NCBI RefSeq assembly: GCF_009914755.1
Contig: NC_060938.1
DNA length: 64,000 bases
Reading direction: 5' to 3' (one strand)
From: the human T2T-CHM13v2.0 reference genome, Homo sapiens
Shown here: one piece after another, positions 45,652 to 61,582 of the stretch
Position numbering within the stretch: position 1 is the first letter of the stretch
Layout of the letters: each line of letters starts with the position of its first letter
Made by a program: the position numbers and the translations under genes
Notes under the pieces: generated by a model
Seen by the model: the letters and a program-made list of their open reading frames with translations, nothing else
The model's database searches: none
Told to the model about the DNA's origin: nothing

Positions 45652-46498
45652 GTCTGCAGTGGCTGACCACTGAAGGCATTCACAAAGAGAAGGGCATGGA
45701 AGCAATTGGAGATGTGCCTGAAGAAGTAAATCTTGAGTTAGGCCTTAGAGTTAGGCACACAGTTTAGCTGCGTAGAGGAAAGAAAAGAGAGCTTTTAGGC
45801 ACATGAAATAGACTGAGACAAGACTCAGAGACATAAACGAACGTAACAGACACAGGCAATTGTAACCCAGTGCATAAGCTCCACGAGGGCAGGACCTGTG
45901 TCTCAGCTTACCAGTATCTCCAGAGACTAGCACTGGCTAGGCACTCCGAAACTATTTGTTGGTAAAACAAAGAAAGGAAAAAAGAAGGGAAGGGCAGAGG
46001 AGAGCAAGAGAGAGAAGCGAAGAAAGACTAAACAAGGAATCAACATGTTTGTGCAGAAAAGGGGAATAGGTTGGTAGGATCGGGATCGGGTGGAGTGGAG
46101 GTAGGCAGGGCCTTGACTAGAGTCAGGGCAAGGAGCCTATGAAAGTAGGAGGCAAGAGGAGGCAGATGAGAGCACGCTAGAAGCCACGGAATATGAACCA
46201 GCACATCTACGGGGTGAAGACTCCGTGGGAGGGGACACAGCCCGGAGGCTGGGAGAGCCCTTAGTAAGCTAGCGTGGCAGTCTAGACACAAGAGGAAGAA
46301 GAGAGGATGACCTACAGGGATGGCAGAAGGAATGGGAGAAGGGATGAAAAAATTGAAGAGCCTATTGAAGGGGAAAAATCTATCCCATGTTGATAACAGT
46401 TGCATTGGTAGAGATGATAGGGAGAAATTTCTTGTGGGAAGCTTAGAAAAGTGGTAGCACACTTAGAAATGGGGAAGTTAATATGGTATAAGAAGACG

Positions 46499-47260
<762 letters not shown>

Positions 47261-47304
47261 GAGGTAAAAGAGATACTAAGTTCAGTATGTACATGATATA
47301 TAAC

Positions 47305-47611
47305 TTTTTCTATTTTTTTGAAACGGAGTCTTGCTCTATCACCCAGCCTGGAGTGAAGTGATGAGATCTCAGCTCACTACAAGCTCCGCCGCCACCCCCA
47401 CCCCAGGCTCAAGTGATTCTCCTGCTTCAGCCTCCTGAGTAGCTGGGATTACAGGCACTTGCCACCACTTCCAGCTAATTTTTGTATTTTTAGTAGAGAC
47501 AGGGTTTTGCCATGTTGGCCAGGCTGGTCTCAAACTCCTAACCTCAGGTGATCCACCCACCATGGCCTCCCAAAGTGCTGGGATTACAGGCGTGAGCCAC
47601 CACACCCCGCC
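47305..47611 (-). mobile_element. AluS, inverted relative to its neighbour
   Basis: Antisense dimer with C-rich insertion 'ccgccgccacccccacccc'. Confidence 0.92.
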
Positions 47612-48029
47612 AGACATAGAATTTTAAAAGCTCAAATATAGATCTAAATCTATAGATAACATTCTGCATAGTTGAGTCCACGAGTTTGTTCATGGTTTTA
47701 TACAAAGGTATGTTTGTGGGGTCAATATATATGGTATGGCCACTAAGCAATTTGAATCGAACTATAGAATTTCAGAATTGGAAGAAACACAAGATTGTCT
47801 AACACTTATCTGATACACAGCAGACATATTCAGAACACTCATGCAGTGCACAGCAGTGTTTGTCAACTAGCATCTGTTTGGATAACGTGCAGTGAATACA
47901 GCTCACTTCTCTTCGTGTGGTTGGACAGCTCTGTTTGTTAGAAAGTTTTCCCTAATATTGACATCTTTGACGAAGTGAAGCTTACTTACACCCTAATGAT
48001 TAAGAGCCTAAATTTGGCAATTTTAAAAA

Positions 48030-48500
48030 ATAGGTGAGAAAAATATTGCTACTCTTCCAATATCGACTCTCCCCTTCTTCCTTGGGAAAAAAAAAATCAA
48101 AAATTAATGGGACACATGTCTGTCCAGAAAATGACTACCTTCCCCAGATTCGCTCCCAGGTAGTTTGCCATATGACCTAGCTTTGACCAAAAAGATGAAA
48201 GCAGAAGTGATGTGGAGAATTTCAGGGTCCATGCCCTAAAAGGAAAGGAGCTTGCATTGCATTTGCCTCTTTTTCCTCCTTGCTGTTTAAAATGTTAGTG
48301 GGATGCTGGCAGCTGGAACAGCTATCTTGAATAAAATGAAAGGTGCACATTGAGGATGGCAGAACAAAAGCTAGAAAGAGTCTGAGACTCTCACCTTCTC
48401 AACCACAGACCCTCATGGGAAAGTAATAATGTTCCATTTTGTTTAAGTTATTTTATTTGGGTTTCTGTTATAGCAGCCAAATTATATGCTACTTAATGCT
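48030..48500 (+). mobile_element. MLT1J-like LTR
   Basis: 'ccatatgacct...gcagaagtgatgt...gcagctggaacagctatcttga...ctgttatagcagccaa'. Confidence 0.6.
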
Positions 48501-48674
48501 GTGAGTTCTCATCTCTGGATCTGTCATTTACTAACAAGTTACTTAACTTCTCTGAGCCTCATTTTCTTCATCTGTAAAGGTTATCCTACCCCATAGGGTT
48601 GCAGAAGAAATTAGTGCACTGAACTGCACTTAGCACAGTGAAGAGTTAATAAATTGTAGCTGTTATTGTTACTA

Positions 48675-48969
48675 CTTTTTTTTTTTTTTAGAGACAGTTT
48701 CTCATGCTATCACCCAGGCTGGAGTGCAGTAGTGCGATCATGGCTCAATGTAACCTCAAATTCCTGAGCTCAAATGATCCTCTCACCTCAGTAGCTAGGA
48801 CTACAGATGTATGCCTCCATGCCCAGATATTCTTTAATTTTTTGCAGAGCAGGGGTCTTGCTGTATTGCCCAGGCTGGTCTCAAACTCCTGCCCCCAAGC
48901 AATCCTCCCACCTCCCACCATGACCTCTCAAAGCAATCAGGATTACAGGTGAGAGCCACAATACCCAGC
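48675..48969 (-). mobile_element. AluJ, at the tail of a MIR (~48500-48670)
   Basis: Diverged antisense dimer with poly(T). Confidence 0.85.
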
Positions 48970-49271
48970 CTACTACTACTATTTATTAATATAAACATTA
49001 GCTAACTCAAAAATAAATCTAATCAACTAGAATTCCTTAGAAGTACAAAAAAAATTTTACTGAACTTCAATATAGTAGTTGAGGATGAGTTTATTAATCT
49101 GAACAACTCTGACATAGAATAAATGTCTTCATTTCATAGTCAAGAAGCCCAGAAAGGTACAGAAACTAGCTTGGAGCAATACAACAAGTAAGCGGCAAAG
49201 CCTGAATTAATTTTATATCCTTCATCCCCTTGAGGGTCAATCATTTGAGGAGCAGGCAATAGGACAGGAGG

Positions 49272-49279
49272 GTGTGTGT

Positions 49280-49320
<41 letters not shown>
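49272..49320. repeat. (GT)n microsatellite, ~24 units, one interruption
   Basis: Read directly from the sequence. Confidence 0.97.
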
Positions 49321-49321
<1 letters not shown>

Positions 49322-51479
49322 CAAATACTGTCCAGGAATTTCCCTGTGTCTTTTCAACACCCAACCTCCTATGTTTCTAAAGTACCCAAAAGTCATCACC
49401 ATGGGAAGGGGCTGGACACTTCCTTTGGGAAGAGGCTGTTCCGTCACCACTCAGGGTGTCTCTCCAGCACTTTGCAAGTCTCTCACTAATTGAGAAGGTG
49501 CCAGTGTTTTCCTTCTATATGAGGGAATATCTAAGCACACAATGCTAGGCCACCCTAAGTTACTGTCCTATCATCCTTCCCTAAGTTCCTTCATTTTCTC
49601 AAAGTTTTACCTTTTTCCTTTCCTTCACACAGCTAAAATCTTAACAGAGAGAGCACTACCTCTAAAACACTGCTCAGTTCTCTTTGTCCAAAAGTTACCT
49701 TTATGTAGGCTATAAAAAGCATTAAGAGACAAGAAACACTAAATATTTGAGGATCGATGAATGGTTGTGGGGACAGAAGGAAGGAAGGATGCAGTGATAA
49801 AACCTCCTAAAAATAACCATATCATCTGGCAAAATCAAGAAAATGTTCTGTTACAAGGAGAGACACATGAAAAGGGACAGTTAAGTTGTTAAAAGATAAA
49901 TTTTGGTTTCAAAGGGAAACTTTTTCATAAAACTAAGACATTCTCACTGCAAAACACATTGTCGTTTCACAAAAACAAAGAAATAAAACTTCCCTTTGTT
50001 TTGACTCCACAGCTTTGCTGCCTAGAAGTAACCATGCCTCTTATTTCCTTCTAGAAATTATCTTTCACATACAATACTATATATATTACACATGCCTGTG
50101 TACATATGCCCATAAAATTATGTTTTTTCTTCTTGCATTATTTCTAAAATGGGCCATAAAAAACTATTTCTTAAATTCTGATTCTTAAAGCAAAACTCCC
50201 TGCTTTAAAACAAGCAGTACAAGCCTCACACATGACAATGTAAGGTCTTCACAAGAATCAGCAAAAGTCCAGGTATTCTGTGAAACAGAAATAATCAAAT
50301 GCCGCAAAATATTTAATTTCCTATTCCAGGAATGTGAAACAGGTGTAATTAAAATAACACTTTTTTAATTAAGTGACCTCTCTTGACCAATCATCTGTGA
50401 ATAATTCAGATTTCTCCCTTATTATTACTGTAAAATTGAAACGAGGTCATATAAACAGGAAGATCCTCTTTAACTATCTTTAAGCACCAGCAATATATAT
50501 TTTCCACCAGTTAAAATCCTTAATGATACAAAAAATCTGTCAAGCATAACTCCCCCAATTCATTTGCCTGAAACCATCAATATTTTATCATGCACTTGCA
50601 GTTGGCTTTAATTTAACAGTCCAGGTTACTAATCAAACAAAACACCCAAGTCATTAAAAGTTAGCGTGCCATTTAGAAAGTGCATTTCAGGTTTATTAAA
50701 ATATCTTTCATGCAGCCATTAGAAACCTAAAGTTTTAATTACAATCAGATATTTAGTTCTACTCTGGTTATGCATTTGGCACTCTCTTACAACTGCCCTG
50801 ATTAATCTTCCAGACCAAGTTCATCCATTACCTCCTGAAATTATTTTCCTCTCAACTTCTCCAGAATTCATCTTTCTACTCCACCCACCACAAATAAGTA
50901 AAATGCATTTTAAAGGTGTGCAGAATAACTACCCAAAAGATAACTTATTTAAAAGACTTCATTTCAAATATCATTTACCCCTCATAAAATTCCAAAGACG
51001 CATCATTCAAAAAGACAAATTGAAATTGAAAATTAGCCCTTCATGTCTTTATTGTCAGTTTTCATTATACATTTTTCTTTCTAATGATAGGGAAATTTCA
51101 ACAAGCATTTTCTTACAGTTTTCTAACTGAGTGTCCTTTTCCTTTACCTTTCCAATTTTTCCTACTTCTCTTCCTGCCCTGGCTTACCCTAACGTTCTCT
51201 GAAGGGGATTAGCAACATATAAAACATCAGATTTCATGTTAAAGCTAGCTCCTCTGAATTTCAGCATTTAGACCCTCCATTATCACAGTTACTGTAGGTT
51301 AAAATACATTTTAGATGGGATTTAGGACTGATGGTATGGAATCACTTTTAATTTCAAATCCATTAAGGCCTAACCCCTTTATATTTCCTTTAAAATTTGT
51401 TTGAAAACTAGAAATTTTCTTTTTTTTTTTTTTAAGTTTATCTGTCTCTATCCATAGCTTATCAGAAGTGGCTCAAAGG

Positions 51480-52323
51480 AATCAGTTGGCATCTTCAACA
51501 TTCTGCCAGGAAATCTTTCTGCCCAAATCCACCAGTTTGCTAGGTTTATTTTCTATTTTCCACATTATTACAGATAACAATGTTGCCAAATTTTTCTCCA
51601 CAAGGATCACATTTTTTCCCACCTCCAAACCCAATTTTCTCCATGTCCTTCCATATTCCACCAGCAGTCTTTTCAATGGCCTCCCAGCTTTTACGAACTG
51701 GCTCCTCAAGGACTTCCAGCTTCTGCCAACTGCCCAGCCCTAAAGCCAATGTCACATGCATTAGGGTTTTATTAGCACCCCACTCCCAGGTACCAAATTC
51801 TGTTCCAGTTATCTATTGCTGCTTAACTAACAGCTTAAAACAACCTACATCATGTCTCATGATTCTATGGGTCAGGAATTTGATCAAGACTTGGTTGGGC
51901 AGTTCCTTTTATCTACAAGGCATCAACTGCCATCAGTGAGGCTACCTGCTGGTAATCAGCTCATAAATGGGCTGGTTGGAGAGTCCAAGATGGCTTCAGT
52001 AGCATGTCTGTCACCTTTGTGGGGATGGCCTGGAAGGCTGGGCTCAACCGGGACTATTGCATACTAAGACTCCAACATGGCGGTCTCTGGGTATGTGGAC
52101 TTCTTACGTGTTGGCTCAAGACCCCAGAGAAAGCTTTCCAAGAAAAAGAAGTAAAAACTACCAGTCTTTTATGGCATGGGCTCAGAAACTGGCACACTGT
52201 CACTTCTACCATATTCTTTTAGTCAAACAATTATAATGAACAGATTGAAGGAGCAGAGACTCAGATTTTACCTGTCAATGAGAGGAGTGTTAAAAACTTT
52301 GTAGCCATTTTTAATTTACCACA
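51480..52323 (-). mobile_element. MLT1H-type LTR (51801-52323) with adjacent MaLR internal fragment
   Basis: 'ccactcccaggtaccaaattc|tgttccagttatctattgctg' LTR/internal junction; internal ORF remnant at 51482-51709. Confidence 0.75.
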
Positions 52324-53418
52324 AATTCTTTAAGCTGGGTATTCTTATTCTTATTTTACAAATGAGGAAACCTGGAAGTGTATATTCAAGGCAACTTGAA
52401 TCTATGCTCCTGGGTTGCAAAATATAATTTTTAAATTAGGAAAACAAAGATTAGAGAGGATAATTAATTTGCCTAAAGTCATACAGTTAGTTAGGGCAGA
52501 GCCAGAATCCTAACTTAATCATCCATCTGCATGGAAAAGTAAGTAAATTCCCTGACTACTCCCAAAAAGTGGTGATTAAAATCACCGTCATTTTCTAGAG
52601 AAACCAGGTATGTGCCTCTGTGGCCCTGTTTTTTGTCAACTCTGGATACGACTTTCCTTTTCTTTCATCCCTACTCTCAGGTGGATTTCCACAAGGTATA
52701 CTTCATGAATGTTTATAAAAGAACACGTAATCACATACTACAAAGGTCTTACCAAGGCAATGTCCTATTCCATTTATGAAAGTGCATCTGACAAATTCAG
52801 CCTGACAATATGATCTCTCAGAGGTAGAGGAAATAATGCAGGAAACTGCTTTTCTGGACCAACATGGAAGAATTGTTTGGTGAAGATAAAGTGACAAGAA
52901 CCTTGGGGAACAAAGAGACTCTGTCATTTTGGAACAATGACCATTGGCATAGGGAAAACTGACAGTTTCCTGTCCTGTGGTGGCAGGAAAAGAGCATAAC
53001 TCTGGAGACTCAATCTGGAGTTCTGTAAGGAAAGATTATGCAGAGAAGGTAGGGCTTTCAGAAAGAAAATTCTGAACTAATTACTGGAAATTGTTCCTAG
53101 AAGAAGAATGGAGAGCAAGGACTGATGCAGCTACACCGAAAGTACCTTAGTAAGCTTAGGGCTGGAAAGGACGCACGTACCACAGAGGGAGATCCACAGC
53201 CAAGAGGAAATGCAGACATGGGTCCAAACCTATGGAAACTGTCAGGAAGGCTAACACCCAAAATGTGCAAGTGCTGCTAAGGACAGCAAGCAGAAATAAA
53301 AAGGTTTCTGTGACCTTGTTTGGAACAAGGACAAGAAAGATAGAAGTCACTTGAGTAGAGATTATGGTACGCTGTTAACAGATCATAGAGAAAGCAGGAC
53401 TGCTCAACTTCTATTTTG

Positions 53419-53734
53419 ATTGTTTGGTTTTTTGTTGTTTTGGTTTTTTGTTGTTTTTTTTTTCTGAGACAGAGTCTCGCTCTGTCACCCAGGTTGGAGT
53501 GCAGTGGTGCAATCTTGGCTCACTGCAACATCCGCCTCCTGGGCTCAAGTGATCCTCCCACCTCAGCCTCCTGAGTAGCTGAGACAACAGGCATGCGTCA
53601 CCACACCCAGCTAGTTGTTCTTCTTCTTCTTCCTCTTCTTCCTCCTCTTCCTCCCCTTCCCCTTCCCCTTCCCCTTCTCCTTCTCCTTCTTCTTCTTCTT
53701 CTTCGAGTGGGTTTCACCATGTTGCCCAGGCTGG
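53419..53734 (-). mobile_element. 5'-truncated Alu with purine-repeat linker
   Basis: 15-bp TSD TCAACTTCTATTTTG at 53404-53418 and 53735-53749. Confidence 0.9.
53618..53704. repeat. 87-nt pure pyrimidine tract of (CTT)n/(CCCCTT)n
   Basis: Read directly from the sequence. Confidence 0.95.
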
Positions 53735-54039
53735 TCAACTTCTATTTTGCTTCTTTCTTTTCTTTAAAGAAAATAGGCATTTGACTGGAAAGAATAATAT
53801 GAATATTGAAGAAACTGAAGCCCAGGTGGAGGAGATGGTGGTGACAAAAGCCCCTTGCTATTGCAAATCGGTTCACTGCTTCCTAAGAATCCAGTAAAAT
53901 TTAATAAATAGGATATCAGAACTCTGTAAATGCAAGATTCTCCTCTGTACAGTTTACAATGTAAAGGAAAAAAAATGTGCCAGTCAGCTCCAAAATGGAA
54001 GGCTCAAGTGTCCACACATAGAGAATGGCAGGAAGACAG

Positions 54040-54297
54040 AGTCTAAATGGAGCTGGCGGGGTAGGAAATGAGGAGTGGCTATTAGCTGTGTTAGCTGGTA
54101 TGGGGTTTCTTTGGCAGTAATAAAAATGTTCTGGAATTAGATAGTGATGATGCTTTCACAACTTAGTATTCTAAAAGCTGACAATATGATCTCTCAGAGG
54201 TAGAGGAAACAATAGAGGAAACGGTATCACTGAACTATATACTTTAAAATGTATAGATTTTATGATATATGAATTATACCTTGATTATTAAAAAAAT
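54040..54297 (+). mobile_element. Old L1M (MB/ME) 3' terminus
   Basis: 'ggggtttct...aaaatgttctggaattagatagtgatg...cactgaactatatactttaaaa...tgaattatacct'. Confidence 0.7.
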
Positions 54298-55086
54298 ACA
54301 TCATCACATGTTATCTATCTCCTAGGTATCAATTTTCTTTTCCATGTTCACTCATTTAAAAAAAATCAGTGACCATATGCACCAGTTAAAGGACAAAACA
54401 AAACTCTGTTTTGAAAGTTCTTATTCTTCGTGACTGATGGTAAAACATACAAAGAAGTTTAACTTTTAGTTTTATGAAAAAAATAAGGGCTATAACCAGA
54501 CCTAGAACATAAGACAATAATAATAAAAGCAAATACTGGTTTATGTCATTCAAAAAAAGAAAAGAACAAGAAAAGTAGATGGAATCACAACTGTGCCAAT
54601 ATTACACTAAATTACCCATCACAAGAAAGCTGGATGGGATCATCAATCAGCTAAAGTCATGAGTTCAGTTCCTCAATAACTCTCTAGGAATCAACCACAT
54701 GTGCATCTGATGAAAGAGGTATGACGAGGAGCAAGAAGGGAAAAGGCTTAGAAGCTTTAGTGGCCACAAGCTTTACAAGGAACAGCAGAGGGCTAGGGCC
54801 ACTGAGCTCTTACTGACCCTGAGCTGAGATCTAGTGTCCAGTGGCAGGTGGTGCTGGGGGGAATGGTCCCACTCTAGTTTATATGGATCATAATCATATC
54901 TAGTGCACTGTATGCCATCCTGGGCGCCAGCATCTAAGAAGATCACAAGTATACTAGAACCTGACACAATATTGAAGGTCTGACACCATGACCCAATTGG
55001 AATGATTAAAAGGACAGACACTATTTAGCTTGGAAAAGTGAAGACAAAAGAAAAATTGGAAAACTGTCCCTCAAAAATTATCATGA

Positions 55087-55480
<394 letters not shown>

Positions 55481-55908
55481 TCACCAAACATTTGAGAACT
55501 GAGTTGAGTAACCTCAGACATAATAGGTATGTAAACCAGAAGTCACAATTAACTGTTGTCACAAATAAATATGAGGGAGCAAGAAAGGGGGCCTCCATTT
55601 TAAAGAGGAAAAGAAACCTGACAGTCAGGGACAAGGAAAAAGAGAAAAGACAATCAATAGAGATATATGTTTGGTGAATCCCCAAGTGCGTCGCAGGAAT
55701 CGTGTTATTAAAACATCCCCACGCAAATTTTAGGCAGCCAAACTGGCATCTACTTACCATCCAACATTTAGAAACTACTTTTCTAGAGAGCTCCTTTGAT
55801 CATGCCACATCTGCCCTTAAAAACCCTTCAATCTCCATTATTGCCAAAAACACAATTCAAAGTTTTTAACTTGCCTTCAGAACTCTACCTAGCAGGGCCC
55901 AGATATAC

Positions 55909-56277
<369 letters not shown>

Positions 56278-56694
56278 TAGCTGTCGCTCACCAAGCCTGT
56301 ATCTCTATTTGGTCCTTGTGTGCATCTGTTTATTCCATGTCCTCCACCTGGAATACCTCCCCTCTATGCATCCACTGAATCTGCTATTCATCCTTCCCGC
56401 CTTAAAGCAAAGGATCAAAAGCCAATTCAAATGTTATCCCACAATCCATATCCTCCTCTGAACTCTTGATCACTTAGTGACTTCAGCTTAGGTCTCCATT
56501 TCTTCATCTATAAAGTTATCATAATAATACTAATGACTTCATAGGGTTGTGTGAGAATTGAATTTACAAATGTGAAGTACCTAAAACAGCGCCAAGAATA
56601 TATAAAATCTATAAATTATGATTATTCTTATGATTAAGTTTGATCCTATTAGTATGATCCTTTTTACAAAAGGAAGTTAGTAAAACAAGCTACA

Positions 56695-57016
<322 letters not shown>

Positions 57017-57816
57017 CCACAGTTCTCACTGTTGCAGTGGTTCCTGATATGTATCAGGAACTCCCTTTGGCTAGCACAACTGCTGGTCTAGGCTGCTTGC
57101 CTGGTGAGTGACCTAGACCTCCAACTCTGAGGGCTCCTGAGCTCCTGGTTTCCATGCCCTTGGCAGGCTACAGCAGCTATAATTCCTTTGTCACATGACA
57201 GCATCAAGAGATCCCAGTGGATCTCCTTCTAAACATACTATTTCCTAACCCCATTATGGGAAAGCAACCCTACCTCCTCATGATCAAGGCCAATTACTCC
57301 TGCCAGTATAACTCCTTTCTTAGCCTGATGATCTCATGTCATGAGAGGCATAAAATGACAAGGTAGAGTTTTCGGTTTAGTAGGATTCTGAGAATCCTGA
57401 TGTATTCCCCTCTGGGAAGCAGAACCTCTAGAATGCTAGGACCCAACACTGCAGGACAAGAAGCACAAATTTCCCACGCAGGTCACTGGGATTCATGGTG
57501 AGCTTCTTCCACCCCTTCCTCCACCTCTTGGAACCCAGACTCATTCTACACAAAACCACATAATGGCCATTGACTCAAAAGAAACACTACACCTTAAAGG
57601 ACAGTGTTCCAATCTTGCAGATTATCATCTTCAAGGTGACACTTTGACCATACCTTCCAGAGGCTATTCCAAGGTTGTTCAGCCAACTAGTATACTATGC
57701 AATACACAGTAAGATCGGTGACTTCACGATCATATGTCCAATTGTCATTTCTAACATGTGGTCATACGCTGGTCTGTGTTATATGTTAGATCCCATTTTA
57801 GTAAATCAGACACTCT

Positions 57817-58439
<623 letters not shown>

Positions 58440-60149
58440 CTATGAACCCTTGGATAATGGTATTGGCTGAGGAACTGAAGGCAGGAAGGGCAAAGCCATA
58501 CCTAGAATACATTTTGATTCATTCCAGTTACGAAGAATTGTTGCCCTTTCCAGTGCAAAAGGGATCTGACACAGTCAACTTATGACCAAGTCTACTTGGT
58601 CTCCTCAATGTGTTTATCATACTGAAGGCTCAGACTCAACCTCTGCTGCCAACAGCTCAAATAGTCAGCAGTGGCAGTCACTAGATCAGCCTTGGTGAAA
58701 GAGAACTCAACACAAAGATAACCTCTATCTCTGCCACCATGGCTATCCATTTATAGGCCCCCAGAGAGACACTGGGTGACCAAGGACAAAGGCTAGCTGA
58801 CATCTACTGGATGAGTCCTGACAACCTGGTTGACCACGACTCTTCTGCAGTAGATGTTCTCTAGTGAGCATGAAGGTACAATAAAAAGATACTGACACTT
58901 TTTGCCCACTCCTATAAGTGTATGCATATGTCTCCTCTTAACACCAGGGGGAAGATATTGGTGAGTACACCCGGTCATCCAGTTTGTGTGAAAAGAAAAG
59001 TTGTCCAAGCCCAACATATACCTGCATTCCTGGACTGTGGAAAACAGTTTGGCTATCAGTCAGAGGGCTAGAAAAGTGAGGGTGTACTCTTGGCCCTTCC
59101 AGGTAAAAGCAAACTGCTTCTGGAGGTTCTTCCAAATTGGTATGGAGAGAAAAGCATTAGCTAGGTCGATAGCTACATATCAAGTGCCAGGGGGCTTTAT
59201 TGATTTGTTTCAGTAAAAATTCTGTATCTGAGACAGAAGCTACAAAGTCACAATCTGATTAAGATTATAATATTCTCAGTCATTCTCCAAGATCCATCCA
59301 AATTCTGCACAAGTAAAACTGACGAGTTAAATGGGAATGTGATAGGTATCATAAACCCTGCCTCTTTCAATTCTTTAACGGAGACAATAATATATGTAAT
59401 TTAAAATAAATACAATATTCCTTCTGTTTTACTATATTTATAGGGAAGGGAAATTCCAAAAGCTCCTACTTAGTCACAGAGCCAGATGGGGATCCTAACA
59501 GTAACAAGTATGTTTATTCCAATATGGCATCCAGGAAGTGGGAAAATAACTATAGGAAGGGTTCATGGATCAACTGGGCCACTGTGAGTTGGAATTAATT
59601 AAAGTTTCCATTTACCACTTGACCACAATAAGCCCCCACTTTGACTACTAGACCACGGTAGCATTTTGCTTCCTTGGGAATTAACATCAATTCAGAGCCA
59701 GTGTCTAGTAAAACCTGCAAAGTTTAGGTATTGCCTTTTCTTCAGTGCACAGTGACTAGTAAATGGCCACAGGTCCCATTGAGGAAGGCTTGGGGGAATA
59801 TATAATATAAACTTGTGGCAACATTGCAAGGTTCTTCTCAAGGGAACAAGCTACCCTTCAAGCAAGGGATTCTCAGTCTTTGAGCTGGCTTAGGTCTGGG
59901 AAATGGGTGAAGAGCCATAACTCTCCACTGTGGTAATTCAAGTCAAGTATTTGGCCACCCGATCTTAAATTTGGTTTCAGGTATTGTTGAGGTATTTTCC
60001 CTGCCAGATATATGAAGCAATATTCCAGGAGAATGCCCACATCCTTTTTATTCCTAATGACACCATGATAAATTGGCCTCTGGTGAAGAACCCTGCAGGC
60101 ACCCTCCTACCCTTAGCGGTGCTGTTTGCTGAGGTTCTGGTGAACTAGA

Positions 60150-60465
60150 GGTCCAGAACTGTAGCAGCCTGCCGGAGCGCTACAAAAGCTTGCAGGGTAA
60201 TGAGAGTCAATGGGCCTCCGCCCACTATTGGCAGCCACACCATCAGAGGAAAAAGAAAAACAATCACACCAAAACCAGGAAGAGACATGCCTCCTTCCTG
60301 ATACTTTGCAGTATCCCTCCAGTACCCTCTATCAATAAATCCTAATATTGCACCAGATGGCAAAGGAAAAATGATTATATAGTCAGCTCAAAAATCACAG
60401 AGCAGAAAAGAAAAATTGGAGGCAGGGATTTGGAGCTGAGAAACAATATGTTGATAACTGACACA
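60150..60465 (-). mobile_element. LTR41-like ERVL LTR fragment inside the provirus
   Basis: Minus-strand start TGTGTCAGTTATCAA...CTCAGCTCCAAATCC matches recalled LTR41. Confidence 0.6.
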
Positions 60466-61582
60466 GTAATCAACTGTGAGACTTCTGATTCCTTGCTTGA
60501 AAATATGCCAAGGCAGTTCTATCTCCTTTAATGTGGGCCATGATTTTTTCAATGTTCCAGGAGCCATTTAGCAGCATAGTTGAGAATGTCTCCAAGAACC
60601 CTTGCCAGAACATTAAATCCTGAGTCACAGAAGAATATATTCATATTAACAATCTCTCTCCTCATCTAACTCCATATGACAGTCTACACTAGCAGCCCAC
60701 CACTCTCAAGAGCCATTCCCAGGCTAATATGCCTGTTCACATTAGCCAGCTCCTGCAGTTCAGCTCCTTTCTCCCTAAGCAGGACCAGCACTTCCTGAGT
60801 TGTGACATGACAATATTTGATCCAAATTATTAGTCTAATGGCCAGGAAGGGAGATGAGAGTAGATCAGGAGGACAGCACATAAAGCATCCACTTCAGTTA
60901 CAGCCTCTACACGGTCTTCAGACAAGGGATAGGTGCTATTACCCTCTAGCAAAAGGAAATGGTCCATTTCCACAGGCTCAGAGGACTCAGGAGGAATCTG
61001 GGGCCAGTGTCATCTAGTACACCCAACTGTCCCCATCCCAAGTCTCAGGGTTTAGACTTTCCCTATCACGACATTGACTTGTGAAAACCTGCTAATTCAG
61101 TCTTCTCTGAAGTTCTGCTACTCTTATACTCAGATCCTAAGCCTTATCTTAAGCATGTTCTGCCTTCTGGCTGCTGCATTAGAGGTCTTCAGACTTCCAC
61201 ACCATGCCCTATTTTGGAAATGAGTTTGTTATTTTCTCTCTTCAGTATAGCAGTAAGCACCCAAAATCAACCAATTAATTCAACTGTCTCTGAACATCCC
61301 TTCTACCTACATCCCTGTCCCAATTCATCACAGATAACAGTCTTAGCATTTGCAAGGCTACAATATGCCTACAACACTCCACTTACTGCAGTGATAGTCC
61401 TGTTGCCAGCTGGCTGATAAGTTATCCTACTTTAGAACCCCATCCTTAGAATCTGTTGCCTTCAGTCAGCTATCTTAGGGAAGTTTCTGTGCAAGTGCTT
61501 TATTAAGAAAGGGACCTCAGGAAAAACTGGTAAGAGAATGGGGGAAACAAGACAGGTAATGGGAGGAAACCAAGCAAGGTAC

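Noticed and set aside
49140-49493. ORFs with HT/VC repeats
   Set aside because: Translations of the (GT)n microsatellite.
54836-54856. CTCF-like GGCAGGTGGTGCT motif
   Set aside because: Poor match at the 5' CC core; cannot be supported without ChIP data.
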